From the NCBI GenBank assembly GCA_964350165.1, contig CAYGJA010000004.1, forward strand, positions 7,638 through 71,637: a stretch of DNA of 64,000 bases, read 5' to 3'. Numbering within the stretch: position 1 is the stretch's first letter; each line of letters opens with the position of its first letter. The translations under genes were made by a program, and so were the position numbers. The DNA comes from an uncultured Candidatus Saccharibacteria bacterium (GTDB lineage Bacteria; Patescibacteriota; Minisyncoccia; Phycocordibacterales; UBA1006). Shown here piece by piece: positions 39,114 to 48,111 of this stretch. The notes under the pieces are model-generated. The model searched no databases. It was not told the DNA's origin and saw nothing but the letters and a program-made list of their open reading frames with translations.

Positions 39114-40028
39114 CTAGTCAGTAGGGCGCTGTTTTCTTCCAACAGAGATTGGGGTTGTGCCCGCCAAATCACCAATAACATTCACCAACTCTCCGTCAGC
39201 TGGCAAGACCACCTTTGTGTTGTGGGCTAAGGCTTTTTCTACTGCCTCTAGTTTTCGTAATATCTGAGCATTCCCAACAAAATATTGCTCGGCTGCTTCG
39301 TTGACCAATTTGATAGCCATCGCTTCTCCTTCGGCGATAAGAATTTTTGATCGCTTTTCTCCTTCTGCCTGAAGCATTTTTGCCTGACTATCAGCTTCGG
39401 CTCGTTTTATTTCTGAACGCTTACGCCCGTCGGCCTCACGTTCAACAGCGTTGGCAAAATCAAGAGCAGCAATGTTCTCATTCTCGGCCTTTACCACCTT
39501 GTTCATGGTCTCCTGAACGTCCTGAGGAGGGTCTATTTGCTTTAATTCGGTGCGAACGATTTCCATTCCCCAATGAGCGGTTTCTTGACTCAAAATATTC
39601 AACAATTCAGTATTAATGCGACCTCGCTCACTATTGGCCGAACGCAAAGTCAAAGTACCGATAATATTACGCAATGTGGTCCGGGCGAGGTTAACGATCT
39701 GACGACGATAGTCCTGTACGTTGTATTGCGAAGCCTTTACCGATTCCTCATTGTCTCGAACCTTGAAATACACCTGAGCATCGACGGTGGCATTCAAATT
39801 ATCATTAGTGATGATTTCCTGTGGCTGAGCGTCAACCATTTCTTCGGTGATATTTATCTGCACCATGCGATCAATAATTGGAATAACCCAATTAAAACCT
39901 GGTTTTGCATAGGAATTGTATTTTCCAAAACGCTCCACCAAACCACGATGGGTTGGTCTAATGATTCGTATCCCCGAAAAGAATATAATAATGGCGATAA
40001 TTATTCCGATGATGGCAAATGGTGACAT
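39114..40028 (-). CDS. SPFH/Band-7 (stomatin/prohibitin-like) membrane protein
   Basis: N-terminal TM helix, SPFH core, Glu/Ala-rich coiled-coil C-terminus. Confidence 0.8.
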   Translation of the reverse strand: MSPFAIIGIIIAIIIFFSGIRIIRPTHRGLVERFGKYNSYAKPGFNWVIPIIDRMVQINITEEMVDAQPQEIITNDNLNATVDAQVYFKVRDNEESVKASQYNVQDYRRQIVNLARTTLRNIIGTLTLRSANSERGRINTELLNILSQETAHWGMEIVRTELKQIDPPQDVQETMNKVVKAENENIAALDFANAVEREADGRKRSEIKRAEADSQAKMLQAEGEKRSKILIAEGEAMAIKLVNEAAEQYFVGNAQILRKLEAVEKALAHNTKVVLPADGELVNVIGDLAGTTPISVGRKQRPTD

Positions 40029-40115
40029 ATGTCTATGATTCTATTACACACTCAGTAATACCTAAACTGTACCAGAATAAACCCCAAATACCAGGCTTTG
40101 TGGAGCCCGCAAACC

Positions 40116-40871
40116 CTAGAGACCTTCGCTCCCAAGTATCTCCAGCTCTACCAAAGTATTTGCACCCAAAACCTCCCTTGCATCAGTCTCCACTGACTGA
40201 ATTTTGTGACCCTGATCTGTTGCCAGGCGAGGTAGTTCCGTCAGATAGTATTCATTCGCTCCATTGCTGCTAGATAGCTTGTCAATATTCTCCAACAGCC
40301 ACCGATGGCTAAAAGCAAAATGAGCCGAGGTTACTTCGGTAGAGGCTAGCTGTTCTGGTGTGGCATCTTTTTTCTCAATAATTTTTTCAATTTCATTGTC
40401 ACGGTTCCTTACGACTCGCCCCCAATTATAAAAACCAACTCGCCAATCTTCAAAATCACTGACGGTACTGGTAAGCATGGTTACTGGACTGCTGGTTTGT
40501 TCTTGCACACGTATCAGCTTTTCTAATGTCTTCGAGGTCACCAACGGCATGTCTCCATACAAAACCACAATATTCCTGATGGTAGGGTCGACGGCAACCA
40601 AAGCCGTCTTTACCGCGTGCCCTGTTCCCAATTGCTCTTCCTGCTCCACATAGATAGCCGTGTCTTTTCCCAGAGTAGAAATAACCTGATTCTTGCCATA
40701 GCCAACTACAATAATCGGTTTGGGCATATTGGCCAGAGGTAACACAGACTGCTCCAACAAATAACCCAGCATGGTGCTTTCTCGAAAAGGCATGAGCACC
40801 TTGGGAACATCAGCCTCCATGCGAGTACCCTTTCCAGCTGCCAAAATAATTATTTGTGTATTTTCCATCAT
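40116..40871 (-). CDS. UDP-GlcNAc pyrophosphorylase domain protein (GlmU N-terminal uridyltransferase domain only)
   Basis: ILAAGKGTRMEADVPKVL, EQLGTGHA and EYYLTE blocks match the GlmU N-terminal domain; 251 aa with no left-handed beta-helix acetyltransferase domain. Confidence 0.75.
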   Translation of the reverse strand: MMENTQIIILAAGKGTRMEADVPKVLMPFRESTMLGYLLEQSVLPLANMPKPIIVVGYGKNQVISTLGKDTAIYVEQEEQLGTGHAVKTALVAVDPTIRNIVVLYGDMPLVTSKTLEKLIRVQEQTSSPVTMLTSTVSDFEDWRVGFYNWGRVVRNRDNEIEKIIEKKDATPEQLASTEVTSAHFAFSHRWLLENIDKLSSSNGANEYYLTELPRLATDQGHKIQSVETDAREVLGANTLVELEILGSEGL

Positions 40872-40929
40872 GCGCCAGAGTATACCAAAACAGTTCTAGT
40901 ATATTGCACTTTACACAAAAACCATTAGC

Positions 40930-41796
40930 ATGCATGATATGAAAACAGCCATTGCTTTCCAGGGAACCCTCGGAGCCTATAGTGAAGAAGCTATTTGGGA
41001 CTATTCCAAAACGCACGATATCTTGCTGGAACCTCTTCCAACCGAGAATTTTTCTGATCTTTTTGCTGTGATCGAGCGGGGCATCGGACTTGGCATGGTA
41101 CCTATCGAAAACTCAACCACAGGATCCGTGATTCAGTCCTATGATTTACTTTTAGAACACCCCAATCTCACAATTATTGGTGAACATACTCTGCCCATTC
41201 ATCACCATTTGCTAGCAAACAAAGGCGTATCCTTGTCGGACATCAAGCGCGTCTGGTCTCATCCCCAAGCAATTAGTCAGTGTCAGCCGTGGCTAGATCG
41301 GCACGGTCTGATAGCAGAACATCATTTTGACACCGCTGGCTCCGCCAAAGAATTATCCGAATCGCCTCAATCAGACCTGGCCTGCATTGCCAGCGTTCGT
41401 GCCGCCGAAACCTACGGCCTGGATATTTTGGCAGACACAATTCAAACAAACACCAACAACAAAACACGTTTTCTGCTAGTAAAAAACAAAGACAAAACTT
41501 TCTCTTGGGAAAAGGTGCTCCCGACGGCCAACAAAACTTCTCTTGTTTTTAGTGGCAAAAACGTACCCGCCAGCCTTTACAAATGTCTGGGTGGTTTTGC
41601 GACCAACGGCGTCGACTTGCTCAAGCTCGAAACCAGACCAAAACAAGGTCAAAATTGGGAATACGTGTCTTTTCTAGATTTTTCTGGTAATCCGAGCGAA
41701 ACATCGGTCCAAAATGCACTAGAAGAGCTTGCTTTTTATACCGACCACCTGACTATTCTTGGAACTTACCCCGCTTTTTCAGACGCTTCTGAATAA
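40930..41796 (+). CDS. pheA: Prephenate dehydratase
   Basis: PDT domain (IAFQGTLGAYSEEA ... TRFLLV) followed by a C-terminal ACT domain. Confidence 0.85.
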   Translation: MHDMKTAIAFQGTLGAYSEEAIWDYSKTHDILLEPLPTENFSDLFAVIERGIGLGMVPIENSTTGSVIQSYDLLLEHPNLTIIGEHTLPIHHHLLANKGVSLSDIKRVWSHPQAISQCQPWLDRHGLIAEHHFDTAGSAKELSESPQSDLACIASVRAAETYGLDILADTIQTNTNNKTRFLLVKNKDKTFSWEKVLPTANKTSLVFSGKNVPASLYKCLGGFATNGVDLLKLETRPKQGQNWEYVSFLDFSGNPSETSVQNALEELAFYTDHLTILGTYPAFSDASE

Positions 41797-41806
41797 AAGA
41801 GTCGTT

Positions 41807-42132
41807 TTACAACAACCACAAGCAGTCTTGAAAATCAGTCGCCATATGAAACAACAACCCAACAGCTATGATTCGCACGTATTTGTTTGGGTACAAAAGA
41901 AGCAAAAAATAAAAAGCAATAGCGTATCCAGAGTGCAATGGATGAAAACCAATACTACAGCGAGCAGGGTCAAATATTGGTCGAGCCAACAAATGATCCA
42001 GATCAACTAGCATGGTCCCAATCATAATCAGCCATCCTTTTTTCCAAATATCCCTAAATAAAAACCAGGCCAGAAGACCAGGTGCCAAAAAATGTAGACT
42101 GTAGTGCACCAGGCTTCTGGTAATTTCCATGA
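41807..42132 (-). CDS. Small membrane protein, hypothetical (about 108 aa)
   Basis: Start moved to the internal Met MEITRSLVHYSLHFLAPGLLAWFLF so it does not overlap the divergent gene; the longer ORF to 42376 is unlikely. Confidence 0.35.
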
Positions 42133-42155
42133 AAAAATCATAGCACAATCTATCT

Positions 42156-43103
42156 ATGCAGGATTTATGCAAGATTATAGCGGTCCTGGTGACACTACCG
42201 GCTATATTTTTGAAAATTTTCCTTCTGATATACTTTAGGCATATGCTTGAAAAAAACATTTTACATGAACAACTAAAGGCAACCTCCCCTAAGAACAAGG
42301 ATGATGATATGGAAAGAGGGTTTTTCCTTGAGGACTCAGAAAATGTCGACCAGAACCCCGAAGGCTTGACGCTCAAGAATAAGATTCACGCACTTCTCCA
42401 TTCATCGGTCGAAAAAGATCAGGAGGAAGGATTGACGCTGATGTCAGAATGGCTTCAAAAAATTCAGGTCACATATCAAAGTGTACTTAATCAAAAAAAG
42501 CGCAAGGAAATGATAAGGCAAATCACGCGAAGTGAGGACTTCGCAGAGGGCAACCTGATGGTTCATCAGGTTCAAATACAATATATTAAGGATCTTATAG
42601 ATGTGGTCGACAATGATTCTCTGAAGCAAAAACTCCAGAAGCAGCTTACCCTTATCGAATACAGTTTTGCGGCGCTTCAATATATCCGTGAATTCAACAT
42701 ACACACTCAGGCTCGTTACAGTTGGCGCAATCCAGCCCGCTGGATTGAGAAAATAGTTTGGACGAGTGCTTCTGGTATAGGTACTACTGGCCTTGGTGTC
42801 ACCATAGGTGCCGTGATGCAGATGGTTAATACCGGTAATTTCTACGAGGCCGCCGGCGTTCTTTTTGGGGCTGGCGTTGCTGCGCAGATGGTTTTTGGTG
42901 AAATAAACAAGTTTGACGCAACCTTGCGCTTTAATAAAAAAATTAAAGAGATGTTGGATTTGAGTAAAATAGCACCTGATGAAATTGAGGGTGACTTAGA
43001 GGATTGGCAAAAAGAATATGAATCAAAGATTCAGATACTGCTATCTCGCGTTAGTACTTTGCGATCGTATAACGATTTTGAAAATGCACCTCGAGAGCTT
43101 TAA
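42156..43103 (+). CDS. Hypothetical protein with N-terminal TM helix, central coiled-coil and Gly-zipper segment
   Basis: GIGTTGLGVTIGAVMQMVNTGNFYEAAGVLFGAGVAAQ is a GxxxG-rich amphipathic region; no family recognised. Confidence 0.35.
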   Translation: MQDLCKIIAVLVTLPAIFLKIFLLIYFRHMLEKNILHEQLKATSPKNKDDDMERGFFLEDSENVDQNPEGLTLKNKIHALLHSSVEKDQEEGLTLMSEWLQKIQVTYQSVLNQKKRKEMIRQITRSEDFAEGNLMVHQVQIQYIKDLIDVVDNDSLKQKLQKQLTLIEYSFAALQYIREFNIHTQARYSWRNPARWIEKIVWTSASGIGTTGLGVTIGAVMQMVNTGNFYEAAGVLFGAGVAAQMVFGEINKFDATLRFNKKIKEMLDLSKIAPDEIEGDLEDWQKEYESKIQILLSRVSTLRSYNDFENAPREL

Positions 43104-43109
43104 GGCTTC

Positions 43110-43619
43110 TTATTTTTTCTTGATTGAGATCAGATAATTAAAAATTTCTAACATCAAATCATTGTCTTCTCTTTCTTCTAGTGCCATCACCGCTTCTTTG
43201 ATTGTAAAAAACTTTCGCTCCGTCACCTCTAACTGCTCCCATTCATCATCTGAAAGCATTTTGATAATGGTTGAATACGTAAATGGTAGTACACTTTTGG
43301 GCGGATAGGGCGAGCTTTCGTCATTGTGCTCAATGGTCATATAGCCAAATAGCTTTGGTTCTGTTATTTCAACACCACCTTCTTCTTTGGCCTCTCTCTC
43401 CATGGCTTCAGGCCAAGTTTCTTCCCCTTCAATGTGTCCACCGAGCGGGTTCCACCAGCCATGTTTATCAAAAATTAACAAGACCTGGTTGTTTTCTGAA
43501 AAAGGAAATGTGAAAGGGGTGGTTATATTTACATCTTCAGGAATTTCGTTTGTTGCCCGAAAACCACAAATATAGTCAACGCCTTTTCTCTTGAATGTAT
43601 AGTAAGGAAATTTCTTCAT
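43110..43619 (-). CDS. NUDIX hydrolase
   Basis: Nudix box GGHIEGEETWPEAMEREAKEEGGV. Confidence 0.7.
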   Translation of the reverse strand: MKKFPYYTFKRKGVDYICGFRATNEIPEDVNITTPFTFPFSENNQVLLIFDKHGWWNPLGGHIEGEETWPEAMEREAKEEGGVEITEPKLFGYMTIEHNDESSPYPPKSVLPFTYSTIIKMLSDDEWEQLEVTERKFFTIKEAVMALEEREDNDLMLEIFNYLISIKKK

Positions 43620-43662
43620 GTAATTATTTAGAAAGATAACTTAAGGCACTTTTGATGCCACA

Positions 43663-44220
43663 CTACGAGCTCTTTGCTAGTAATCTTTTTTTGAGTTCAT
43701 GCCTCAGCACAAGGTGTGGATTTATTTTCTGTGTTTCAGTGATTACTTTTTCTAGTTTCAACATGCGCTTTTTTGTTCTACGGGCTGACGCAAGGAATGT
43801 CTGACCGTTTTCATTCGAGAAAACAATGTAATCTTTTTTGTTTATTTTAGGAAATAGTAGCTCAAGCATCCAAACAACGAGACCCAAAAGAAGCCCTTCG
43901 CTACCTCCTGAGTTTTGCTGGACGCTCTCAATCTCAATTTTAGTAATGCTGGAGAGTCGTATCATTTTGCCCCAAAATTCACTGCCAGAACTAAGTAGAC
44001 ATACTTTTCCATTCATCATAGATAACGTATTGATTGGAAGCACTGCCCCAATTACAAGAAATACCATAGCAGCGAATACCACAAAAACTCCCCACGGGCG
44101 ACTATGGTGCTCAGGAGTCCAATTACTGAAATTTATAATTAAATAAATACCAATCGGGACAAGTATGAGCCCGATGGAAACGAGCCAAGATTTTATTTTG
44201 TTTACTCTAATAAAGTCCAT
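43663..44220 (-). CDS. Hypothetical membrane protein (2 N-terminal TM helices)
   Basis: ORF only; lies immediately downstream of the OLD-family gene on the same strand, after a 126-bp gap. Confidence 0.35.
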   Translation of the reverse strand: MDFIRVNKIKSWLVSIGLILVPIGIYLIINFSNWTPEHHSRPWGVFVVFAAMVFLVIGAVLPINTLSMMNGKVCLLSSGSEFWGKMIRLSSITKIEIESVQQNSGGSEGLLLGLVVWMLELLFPKINKKDYIVFSNENGQTFLASARRTKKRMLKLEKVITETQKINPHLVLRHELKKRLLAKSS

Positions 44221-44346
44221 AATTTGATTATAACAATCTTAATGCAAACACCACTGTCTTTCTTTAGTTCGGAACACCCCTCAGGCGCCCTCCAAAACCC
44301 TTTGTTTACAACACTTTAAATTCTAGTGACCCCATTAAGTCCAATA

Positions 44347-46365
44347 TTAGAGAGTCCTTTTGTTTGAACCATCAATGAACTCATGTAAAGACATTAATAG
44401 TTTTTTTGTTATGTCTGGAAGCGATTCAAAGTTAATTTCTTCAGCTTTGTACATTTCAAGTAGTAACGTAGTAACCTCTAAGGCAATTGTTTTTTTTCTG
44501 ACTCCAGATGCAATACATTCAATACTATCCTTTTTATAGTATTCTAGTTTTCTTCGCTTGTCTTTTTGAGACAAAATATTGTTTTTTAGTAGAGTTCCAA
44601 TTTTTTCTTTATCAAGCCCATCATTAAAAGCTTTTTCATTTTTAAGGGCATCGCTTCTTATTTTGAGTCCTGATTTATCACTAATCTTACTATTCAAATA
44701 ACGGTACCAAACAGTGAATGGTATTAGGTTTTCTATTTCAACATGTCCGTCAAAGAAGCTCTTGCCTAACAACTTCTTCAAAGCTAGTAGCTTTTCTTTA
44801 TTTGTTTGGAGTCGTGCATCCCCTGCAGATTTACCTAGATAGCTCAAGTCGTTATCTGCTACTACAAAGTTACTTTTATGTAATGCCCCAACGTGAACAG
44901 AAGTATCTAAATGAATCACGTCTTCAGTTTCTTTAAAGTCAAAGTTATCTCTATTTATACCTCCATACTCACAGAATGCGTAGTGAGCGTCTTCTTTGTA
45001 TCTCCAATCTACCCCCTCAGAACCTTTATAAATTTCTAGTAGTGCTCGGAGGTATATTCGGTCTGTTACTCCCTCAACCCAAATGATTGAATTTGTTAGA
45101 AAGATTGAAGAGTTTCTGATTCCGAGCAAGTTTTCAATATTGCTTCTGGGGGTAACCTCATCAATCAAAAAATTTTTGTTGTTGTCTTCATCTCTAAAGG
45201 GTTCAAAAGAAAAGATGCTAATGTCTTCCTCATGGTCGAAAAGTAGGTCCAAAAAATGATTGGAATGGGTTGTTGCGAAAATAGTAGCGTTGGGAAAGCT
45301 GAGATAAGACTCAACAAGCCTCCTTTGCATTGATGGATGTAGGGTTAGTTCAGGCTCTTCAACGCACAAAATAACTGGTTCATCAGAATGCATAAACAAA
45401 GGAAATGTGGCACAGATAATAGTCTGAATACCGTCTCCTAATTCAAAAACCGGTTTTTCATCATCTCCAAGTTGAACCAATAAAGAGTCCTTTTTAATTT
45501 CTGGAATGAGGGTTATGCCTTCGGGGAAAAACTCTCGAGTTAGAAAGTCTTGAAATTCACCCACCTTATTCCGTTCTTCTTGTTTACCTAGAAGCATCCG
45601 TTTTATCTCGTTGAATATCCCAAGCCCTGTGAATATTGTTTTTGTAGGGTTATCTCCAAATATATTTACTGAGTCACGTGGTGCTGGATCATCGTCAGAT
45701 TTACTGAAATAATCTTTGACGGTCCGTTCCGCATAGCAATCATACTGAATACAGTTTGATGGAGGTACTCTATTTGATTCATGAAAGTCGTAAATATTGT
45801 TGTCATAGCTCTCTTTTACCAAAGGTCTAAGACCACGTAAAATAGGTATATAGATATGATGTGGATTCCAGTTTTTTTCTTTAAATCCAGAGTAAGGAAG
45901 CTCTGATTTTATCTTTCCAACCAACTCTTCACAAAACTGTTTATCATTAATTCCATAAGGAGCTAACTTATATGCGGGATTTTTTCGTGACTTCTCCTCC
46001 CATTCTTGGACTTTTTTTGATAGTGTTGTTGCCCAGCCATACCCGCCCTTCCAAGAGGTTAATTCAATCAACTGGTCTACGTAAGGAAAGTTTTTGTTGC
46101 TAATTGCTTCCGGGTACTTTTCTTTGTACTCACTTGTAATTCTAATAAGTGCTTGTAGATTTTTCTCGGATTTATCAAAAATAACATGGTCGCTTTTTTC
46201 AAAAACACCCCTTAAGAAGAAACTTTTCCCTGAGTTATTTTTACCAACAAAAATATTTATTCTTTTGCAGTTTTTCAGCACCTCAGGGTCATTACTTGAT
46301 GCCTGGGATACAGTGTAACGAGATTCTACTGTTTTTATGCCGATAACTGGGTTTTTCATATACAA
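44347..46365 (-). CDS. OLD-family ATP-dependent endonuclease (N-terminal ABC/AAA_21-type ATPase + C-terminal TOPRIM)
   Basis: Walker A FVGKNNSGKS; ABC-signature-like ELGDGIQ; Walker B VILCVEEPELTLHP; H-loop FATTHS; TOPRIM IIWVEGVTDRIYL and DxD (VVADNDLS). 672 aa; very AT-rich coding sequence. Confidence 0.75.
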   Translation of the reverse strand: MYMKNPVIGIKTVESRYTVSQASSNDPEVLKNCKRINIFVGKNNSGKSFFLRGVFEKSDHVIFDKSEKNLQALIRITSEYKEKYPEAISNKNFPYVDQLIELTSWKGGYGWATTLSKKVQEWEEKSRKNPAYKLAPYGINDKQFCEELVGKIKSELPYSGFKEKNWNPHHIYIPILRGLRPLVKESYDNNIYDFHESNRVPPSNCIQYDCYAERTVKDYFSKSDDDPAPRDSVNIFGDNPTKTIFTGLGIFNEIKRMLLGKQEERNKVGEFQDFLTREFFPEGITLIPEIKKDSLLVQLGDDEKPVFELGDGIQTIICATFPLFMHSDEPVILCVEEPELTLHPSMQRRLVESYLSFPNATIFATTHSNHFLDLLFDHEEDISIFSFEPFRDEDNNKNFLIDEVTPRSNIENLLGIRNSSIFLTNSIIWVEGVTDRIYLRALLEIYKGSEGVDWRYKEDAHYAFCEYGGINRDNFDFKETEDVIHLDTSVHVGALHKSNFVVADNDLSYLGKSAGDARLQTNKEKLLALKKLLGKSFFDGHVEIENLIPFTVWYRYLNSKISDKSGLKIRSDALKNEKAFNDGLDKEKIGTLLKNNILSQKDKRRKLEYYKKDSIECIASGVRKKTIALEVTTLLLEMYKAEEINFESLPDITKKLLMSLHEFIDGSNKRTL

Positions 46366-46615
46366 AGGGTATCTTTTTTTGATGTAGTAGTAAAACTTTC
46401 TCTAATCCATTAGGCAATCCTTCAAAACTCAAAATTGTTATAATCAAACTAATGACCAATACAGAACAACATGCATTAACACTATTACTCAAGGAAAACC
46501 ACCTTGGTGAGCCTTCTCGTGCTCGAACCAAGCAGACTCATTACAGAGTAAGGTTTTTTAAGTATCTAAATAGTATTGTAAACAACCCCTCTCGAGCGTC
46601 GTGAGAAGAATATTC

Positions 46616-47720
46616 TTATCGCAAGATTTTTTGGAAACTTTTTGTTTCTGGACTTACGAAAGAATTTCTCGGTGTATCTCTTTTTTCGAGAAAATTACCT
46701 ATATATTTTTTGAACTTATAGTCGTTGACGTCTTTTAATTGTTTCAATAAATCACAGTACTCACTATTGTGAGTACTAATATTTACCTGAATATGATCAC
46801 TATTGTGAGGCAATATATAATAGATTATAGCGGCATGATCTTCAAAGATGATTTTTTGTTTGAGTAAGTCTGTCTTAGGGTTTAAGATTCCTTGTGCAAA
46901 AAAAATATCTTTAGTTTTAACAACACGTGAAATCGTGATAAGTGAGTCATGATTACCATTTTTTATAATGGCCCAAATTTTCATTAGTAAATCATGTTTA
47001 AAAACATATCTTATATATCCATGTATAAAATGATCAAGTGATATTATATTATCTTTAGAATCTACTCCAGTATGTCTTATCCTCAATTTTGTTATGGATG
47101 GTGTTGCATAGATTATCTGCTGGGCCATTGCTAAATGTAAACGACTAAATTGATATTGATAAGCTGCTACACGGAAAAAATGTAGTAATACATTGTTTTG
47201 ATTGTTGATATTATGATGTACATCATCAATTGGCCTAAATAAATTATTATCGCATTCTTTACAGAATACATGATAGCCAATTTCATTATTGATTCCAGCT
47301 AATGATAATTTCTTACTACCCTCATCATCAATAATGTACCATCCGCACTTATTAGAATTAAAGTATTTTTTAAGTAAAGCTTCACCAAATATATGCGACC
47401 TTATTGTTTCTTTAGTACACCCAGGGGCTGCACAAAAACTAAATTTATTTTGAAAATCAGATTCCATCTTTGAGATAAAAGTCATTGGCACGTTTGCGAC
47501 ATTAAAATTCTTATTTTTTGAAAAATTAATCAAATGACTTAAGAATCCGTCATTAATCCAATAATTAGATTTAATTGAACAACAACTGCCGTATTTTTTT
47601 GTGCTACCGCAAAAGCATAAGTCTTCATCGCTGATACCGGTCCTCTTTTCTAGAATTTTATTTATTTTTTGTATATCAGAATCACCTATTTTCACACACT
47701 TAATTATAAACAAAATACAC
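46616..47720 (-). CDS. Cys-rich protein with SEC-C zinc-binding motif, partner of the OLD-family nuclease (function unknown)
   Basis: CFCGSTKKYGSCCS matches the SEC-C consensus (CPCGSGKKYKxCC). Additional Cys/His clusters: CAAPGC...SH and HVFCKECDNN. The ATG start of the long ORF (47800) falls inside a GC-rich tRNA-derived repeat, so a TTG/GTG start near 47700-47720 after the hairpin is more likely. Confidence 0.5.
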
Positions 47721-47741
47721 CTTATTACAGGTGTATTTTTG
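47711..47741. terminator. Hairpin (acacc-tgtaataa-ggtgt) flanked by A/T runs, bidirectional terminator-like
   Basis: Seen directly; separates the tRNA-Glu region from the AT-rich cassette. Confidence 0.4.
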
Positions 47742-47788
47742 CAAGAGGCCTTTTGACCCTTCTCGAGCGCTCGAACTAGCGCTCGTGT

Positions 47789-47809
47789 TGGTGATCCCAC
47801 GGAGAATCG
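47789..47809. repeat. 21-bp direct repeat of the tRNA-Glu 3' end (tggtgatcccacggagaatcg), att-like
   Basis: Identical to 47990..48010 inside tRNA-Glu, and ends with the CCA-bearing acceptor end. Confidence 0.7.
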
Positions 47810-47989
47810 GGGTCAAGTTTCTAAATTCATTTCCTCGCAAGCTCGTCATTCATTAAGAACTTCCTCCCCGGACTCGCTCCCCAATGGTCGGATTGCCATC
47901 CTCGCATTGGGGCCCCGCTCCGTCTTTCGATTCCCCGCATAATCAACACACGAAAAGCCCCCATGCGATGCATGAGGGCTTAACGTGTG

Positions 47990-48064
47990 TGGTGATCCCA
48001 CGGAGAATCGAACTCCGATTTCCAGGATGAAAACCTGGCGTCCTAACCGTTAGACGATGGGACC
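47990..48064 (-). tRNA. tRNA-Glu (anticodon TTC), CCA encoded
   Basis: Acceptor ggtccca/tgggatc, D-arm gtc-taacggttag-gac, anticodon stem ccagg/cctgg, loop ttTTCat, T-loop ttcgatt. Confidence 0.9.
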
Positions 48065-48111
48065 AAAATACTGGCTGAGTATACCGAACTCTCCAAAAAA
48101 TTCAATACCGA

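Noticed and set aside
42000-47800. Distal third att copy (further repeat of tggtgatcccacggagaatcg) marking the far end of an island that would contain the OLD cassette
   Set aside because: Not found in the intergenic regions 43620-43662, 44221-44346 or 46366-46615 by eye, so the island's far boundary cannot be claimed from this window.
46616-47800. Calling the 394-aa partner protein an HNH endonuclease
   Set aside because: The Cys/His spacing (CAAPGC...SH...N about 45 aa before CKEC) is only loosely HNH-like; kept as Cys-rich/SEC-C protein pending profile or structure evidence.
47810-47989. Possible second (degenerate) tRNA or tmRNA-like gene between tRNA-Glu and its repeat
   Set aside because: Only the last 21 nt match a tRNA; the upstream sequence cannot form D or anticodon arms; interpreted as spacer plus att-like repeat.
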